Of a stretch of DNA of 64,000 bases, positions 62,829 through 64,000 are shown in pieces. The notes under the pieces are model-generated. The model made no database searches. It had not been told where the DNA came from and saw nothing but the letters and a program-made list of their open reading frames with translations. The stretch spans positions 1,232,518-1,296,517 of the forward strand of contig NMRA01000022.1 of the NCBI GenBank assembly GCA_002633005.1, given 5' to 3'. Each line of letters begins with the position of its first letter. The first letter of the stretch is position 1. A program made the position numbers and the translations under genes. This stretch comes from Phoronis australis (Eukaryota; Animalia; Phoronida).

Positions 62829-63766
62829 CTCATTGCCAATAAATGTATAAAAATTACATCAAACAAACAAGCATATTCTTTGATAATTAGTGTTTGTTAA
62901 TATGGCCACCGTAGACTCACTTCATTAGTTTTAATCGGATACCATTGAATGCAAACCTGCTTACTTTTGTTTGATCTTGATAGTACACTTAACAACTTTC
63001 CATCTTCCAACGTTTCACCTTAATGCAATTATTCTGACAGCCTCTTGCACCACAGGTATTACCACTGGGACTGGTGAACAAATACAGATTTAGTAGAGCT
63101 TAACAACTGAATAGCTATAATTCTAAAAGTTTCTGAAAAGTTTTCGAACTTTCAGCCATAAAAATGATATGGACTAATATACATGTGTACTAGTCAGACC
63201 ACACCAATATTTTAAACCATTGAAGTCTCTGAATGCAGCATTCTGTACTTATACAAAATGCCAGTAAGTTTGTATTGCTTTTAAACTACATGCATACNCT
63301 CATTGCCAATAAATGTATAAAAATTACATCAAACAAACAAGCATATTCTTTGATAATTAGTGTCTGTTAATATGGCCACCGTAGACTCACTTCATTAGTT
63401 TTAATCGGATGACATTGTATGCAAACCTGCTTACTTTTGTTTGATCTTGATAGTGCACTTAAAAACTTTCCATCTTCCAACGTTTCATCTTACTGCAATT
63501 ATTCTGACAGCCTCTTGCACCACAGGTATTACCACTGGGACTGGTGAACAAATACAGATTTAGTAGAGCTTAACAACTGAATAGCTATAATTGTAAAGTT
63601 TCTGAAAAGTTTTCGAACTTTCAGCCATAAAAATGATATGGACTAATATACATGTGTACTAGTCAGACCACACCAATATTTTAAACCATTGAAGTCTCTG
63701 AATGCAGCATTCTGTACTTATACAAAATGCCAGTAAGTTTGTATTGCTTTTAAACTACATGCATAC
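62829..63766 (+). repeat. About 469-bp tandem duplicate joined by a single N (probable assembly artefact)
   Basis: 62829-63297 versus 63299-63766, with scattered SNPs and the N exactly at the junction (63298). Confidence 0.9.
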
Positions 63767-64000
63767 GCACTACTTTCATTCTTCTATTATACACTATAGA
63801 TTATTAATGAAGAGAAATTCTGTGTAAGGAGAGTGCTCCAGGTCCGTCTGCTGTCCAGTGAATAGGGTAAACATATACAACCGAGATGGTTTGTTTAACT
63901 ATAGACTGACCAATTAAAGAAATTCTGATGTAAAGGTAATGGCGAATTAATTACGTGACCAGGGTGATTACGATATCGTGCTCCCCAGGAGAATCGGACA

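Overview
AT-rich, intron- and transposon-dense animal genomic DNA. The frequent TACATGTA motif and the TE families suggest a lophotrochozoan, probably a mollusc (inference). The ORF track is mostly noise. One host gene can be reconstructed by hand on the minus strand: seven phase-compatible GT-AG exons (28721 to 15594) encode about 392 aa with a ZP-N/ZP-C zona pellucida module, an RKKR furin site, a hydrophobic patch, a TM helix and a short tail, resembling vitelline-envelope ZP (VEZP) proteins. Its first exon is unresolved, with a candidate at 38005-37970. The rest is mobile DNA. There is a nest of three Kolobok DNA transposons (THAP plus KolX/P2X7-ballast-like genes, TTAA target sites), one apparently polymorphic between haplotypes. 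Also present are an intron-containing Harbinger transposase pseudogene, CR1, Tx1/L1 and RTE LINE remnants, nested MITEs with clear TIRs and TSDs, at least seven THAP-domain remnants, a 33-bp coding-like minisatellite, hairpins, microsatellites and two duplications at assembly gaps. No rRNA, tRNA gene or CRISPR array was found.
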